From an uncultured virus (IMG/VR IMGVR_UViG_3300009703_000012) (Duplodnaviria; Heunggongvirae; Uroviricota; Caudoviricetes): a stretch of 20,000 nt of DNA. The notes beneath the pieces are model-generated. The model made no database searches. It was not told where the DNA came from and saw nothing but the letters and a program-made list of their open reading frames with translations. Of this stretch, positions 19,101 through 20,000 are shown in pieces. The translations under genes were made by a program, and so were the position numbers. The stretch spans positions 56,874-76,873 of the IMG/VR virus record IMGVR_UViG_3300009703_000012, one strand, 5' to 3'. The stretch's first letter is position 1; every line of letters starts with the position of its first letter.

Positions 19101-19991
19101 ATCACCCACAGACAAGTTATGGTCAGTGGTTGTTGTTACACTTACTGTTCCTGATCTATTATCTTTTGTATTTACAGAAAAAGTAACACCCGATGATGCT
19201 ACTGTTTTACCAGATTCAAAATAAGTTTTTGATGATAATTCTAAATCAATTTTATATCTATTTGCACCAGGAGCAGAATAATTAGGAGTTCCTAGAGCAT
19301 TATCTAAAAGCGTAGAATCTTCAATACTTGAAACGATAGATTCTGTAGTTGTTAATCCTATTCTTGTAGAAGGATTATTATTTTCAGTATCTAAAATAAG
19401 ATTTTGAGGAGAAACATATACAAAATATCCACCAATATAAAATAATCCCTCATTAACACTAACTATAGAACCCAAACCAGAAGCTAAAGATGTCGATGTA
19501 GTTGCTCCAGTTAATCCTTCATCTGCTCCAGCAACAGTTGCAAAATATGTTGTTCCTGTATCAATGGTATTAATTGTTTCATTATCTAAAAATTTAGTAT
19601 CATCAACATAGTTTATCATTAAAATATCTAAATTTTCAGTTGTAAAAATTTGACTTGTTACAACTTCTGCTTTCGCACCAGATGTTTGCCCTTGAATAAT
19701 TCTACCATTAAAAGATGTTGCTGTAATTGCAACATCAGAATAAGTTGGTTTTAATTTTAAAGAATTAATCTTATTATTTAAAATTAATTCTGCTCCTAAA
19801 ACTTTAGAGCCATCTTGATAAAGGGTATCTCCTGTTTTTTCTAACTGATTTTGAAGAATAGATTGTATTTGATTTAGTTCTCTTGCCTGAACAGAATATC
19901 CAGGACGATATAAAACCTTATAAAATTTATTTGCTTCATTAAAATCATCATAATAAGGTGATATATTAAAATCTTGTGTTAATTTAGGCAT
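13107..19991 (-). CDS. Very large virion structural protein, VrlC/DUF4815-like (baseplate-associated)
   Basis: N-term FNISPYYDDF...YKVLYRPGYSVQARELNQIQSILQNQ; NYSAPGANRYKI; LARRTFDASGDFTV; PGKAYIKGFE; KRFTMRDVGKLERRIENLEYYVSLSLLE; RFKNGILVDPF; PMAQTF; C-term FAIKLVM..PKIANLRAIAL. Confidence 0.85.
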   Translation of the reverse strand: MPKLTQDFNISPYYDDFNEANKFYKVLYRPGYSVQARELNQIQSILQNQLEKTGDTLYQDGSKVLGAELILNNKINSLKLKPTYSDVAITATSFNGRIIQGQTSGAKAEVVTSQIFTTENLDILMINYVDDTKFLDNETINTIDTGTTYFATVAGADEGLTGATTSTSLASGLGSIVSVNEGLFYIGGYFVYVSPQNLILDTENNNPSTRIGLTTTESIVSSIEDSTLLDNALGTPNYSAPGANRYKIDLELSSKTYFESGKTVASSGVTFSVNTKDNRSGTVSVTTTTDHNLSVGDVIVVSGITEADYNGKYSVSAVGSTTTFSYLIQGKPSTPATGTPVYVTGVVDPIARTSDSDFIELLRLENGEKIEEVKFPIMGNIEKTLARRTFDASGDFTVRPFSLDVMNHKIQGTAGERTTTNTSTTITANGANFIADVNVGDTIFFSGNTSKTGEVSSITNGTTLTLTTGTALGDGSNNQKIGVSTKLSAELSPGKAYIKGFEHETMTPTYVNLNKARSTESVSAEKQGVEFGPYAKVSDVISNTAFSLGVNSATINSTSGGTGADLLDLHMVKWPSTTQLHGTVTASEKIIWNSNGAIGKVGIDNTSAATIANTKIGTVRLRQLDFREGRSSTVTDEYGGGADANGTYHIKFPAIYDAHLFDFRFDKTTGTVAGAVAANDTIISLPTSGANSFPTVNCLYGATITVNTSYLGVNTSDTRDIIAWTGANSQAAMGFDLNADGSAQAAAYHAQLDSSLTQATQSTSTYTLTFGIKDIRSAVQTTTTTFDKAMNIDISGKNDLTESGNTVIFDNNDDQRSLLFPYQNKTVAGLTKASYKLKRSFTAALTGNSVAITATEGGELFYPATGAGNVSAAVADANYLVFVPGDGGGEYIEFSNTSGSSLGDGRYISLNEDGDQLTINVESDTAGARDYTGNTIHVIATMMYKAAGATRTNGGIGTKTLVVGNTTVANVTSGSSNTIQADSGQIYFGKTINAEPKVANSLKVADIKKLVAVVTSLDVTSEVTTAMMTAALADTANAHNITSNFIFDNGQKDNYYDYGTITLKPGEDRPTGQVIAIVDYYNHTGYGPFTVDSYVWSGSGNTAYADIPSFTSPITGAKVELRDMIDFRPKRLGYETSDGTNSQTNDITATANVFNEKAMPDYDYTFDTDYSYYISRKDKIVLNRDRTFDIIEGVSDKFPQLPADDDDSMTLYNLEIPAYTFNADDVKVNYVDNKRFTMRDVGKLERRIENLEYYVSLSLLEKEADGLIITDANGSDRFKNGILVDPFAGHNIGDVFNDDFNASIDYDKKILRPSFSTDLHPLNFNANSDSGQAFSTLVNNSGVLTLPFAANSFISMPLTGSNDSKNTQKTFQINPFSVQNYMGQMKLDPYGDMWYDQSNQVQVKVNIEGQYDNWVSGILTNKGHGTHWNDWEEIWSGSQINNDVKEGVRDTGDISNNNRKAKTTEQNKTLTGLSSGSVPEKIIKTVGNKTVNLSVVPKVRQQSITFIAKGLKPNKNVYAYFGDLNVTSNVKQACVATLSNVSTSNVFRTTSGNFEQTTIQGSGSNASNTAKIIYMSDRNSQNSCTVLLTDLSAQTAFSIGSVIQGDFTKANGAISAITHYGIEDTLLTVSSEGVVGGVFNVPADTFTGNQNLFRLTDEPDNISSVTTSVAEEIFHSTGVLDTKTELGLVSIRPFISRRENIKEERVTRSTSDGRQSKSTDFMNPMAQTFSIDKNQYPAGIFVDSLTLFFNGKDVSVGNRTPVTLQLRPLVNGIPSTSLIIPGSEVVLTPGRITANTSTPIANTSGGFPAGFLGNSDTANKSATDVGSRTMFKFDHPIFLSPDEYAICVLTNSSSYKLYGFEYGAYHTGTSRKITKQPYVGSFFKPSNVGNWQEVLDQGLMFQLNRCEFISSNAYARLDNSDISSGNASSNTTMDAFKVVTDSFNFANTYTSFDYYTTDLAGATKGSNVRFKENKNIDFKKQKQITYPQVANNSFTINAYFETANSLITPVIDEQRTGIISIENLINNGSLSNSDIVLSNTGTGYYLAEVGSATSNAASDGNTSVFVVSAPDIGANTATLAANVHANGIINQVVVKSGGSGYISTPSITNWDTGGSVSSADNVRMTTAASISVVGEGANNTANIQTTNVVSFSSGGNLTARYISRRVTLEEGFDAMDIKLYMDAYKPRGANIHAYYKVLSGEDAEPFDEKPWVLMYQKTADTTYSINENDFKRFQFNTFDEKITYISGGGGTFERFRTFAIKLVMTLDRVSQDSFIGIPKIANLRAIALDSEGTP

Positions 19992-20000
19992 TTGTTAAAA

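Noticed and set aside
1..20000. CRISPR array, tRNA, recoded stop codons, diversity-generating retroelement
   Set aside because: No spaced repeats, cloverleaf or reverse transcriptase seen; genes tile the window in the standard code using TAA, TAG and TGA stops.

Overview
AT-rich segment of a T4-like myovirus genome (marine cyanophage/pelagiphage-type gene order) covering the late structural module, almost all on the minus strand. In transcription order: a 2294-aa VrlC/DUF4815-like virion protein, a 76-aa coiled-coil protein, a 578-aa fibre-like protein, neck gp13 and gp14, tail terminator gp15, small terminase gp16, an unexplained 473-aa protein, large terminase gp17, an enlarged tail sheath gp18, tail tube gp19, and the 5' part of portal gp20 (runs off the window; missing from the ORF track). 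Two small genes sit on the opposite strand, each with a perfect T4 late promoter (TATAAATA) exactly 5 nt before the ATG: an HNH/His-Cys-box protein with apparently substituted catalytic residues and a 116-aa beta-sandwich protein. Most notable: (i) the 473-aa gene, a putative PD-(D/E)XK nuclease, is translationally coupled between the two terminase genes, so gp17 is flanked by two nuclease-fold genes; (ii) an ~80-nt hairpin would hide the portal RBS and contains late-promoter-like boxes; (iii) extra beta modules recur in sheath, neck and baseplate proteins. All calls are from motif recognition by eye; no searches were run.
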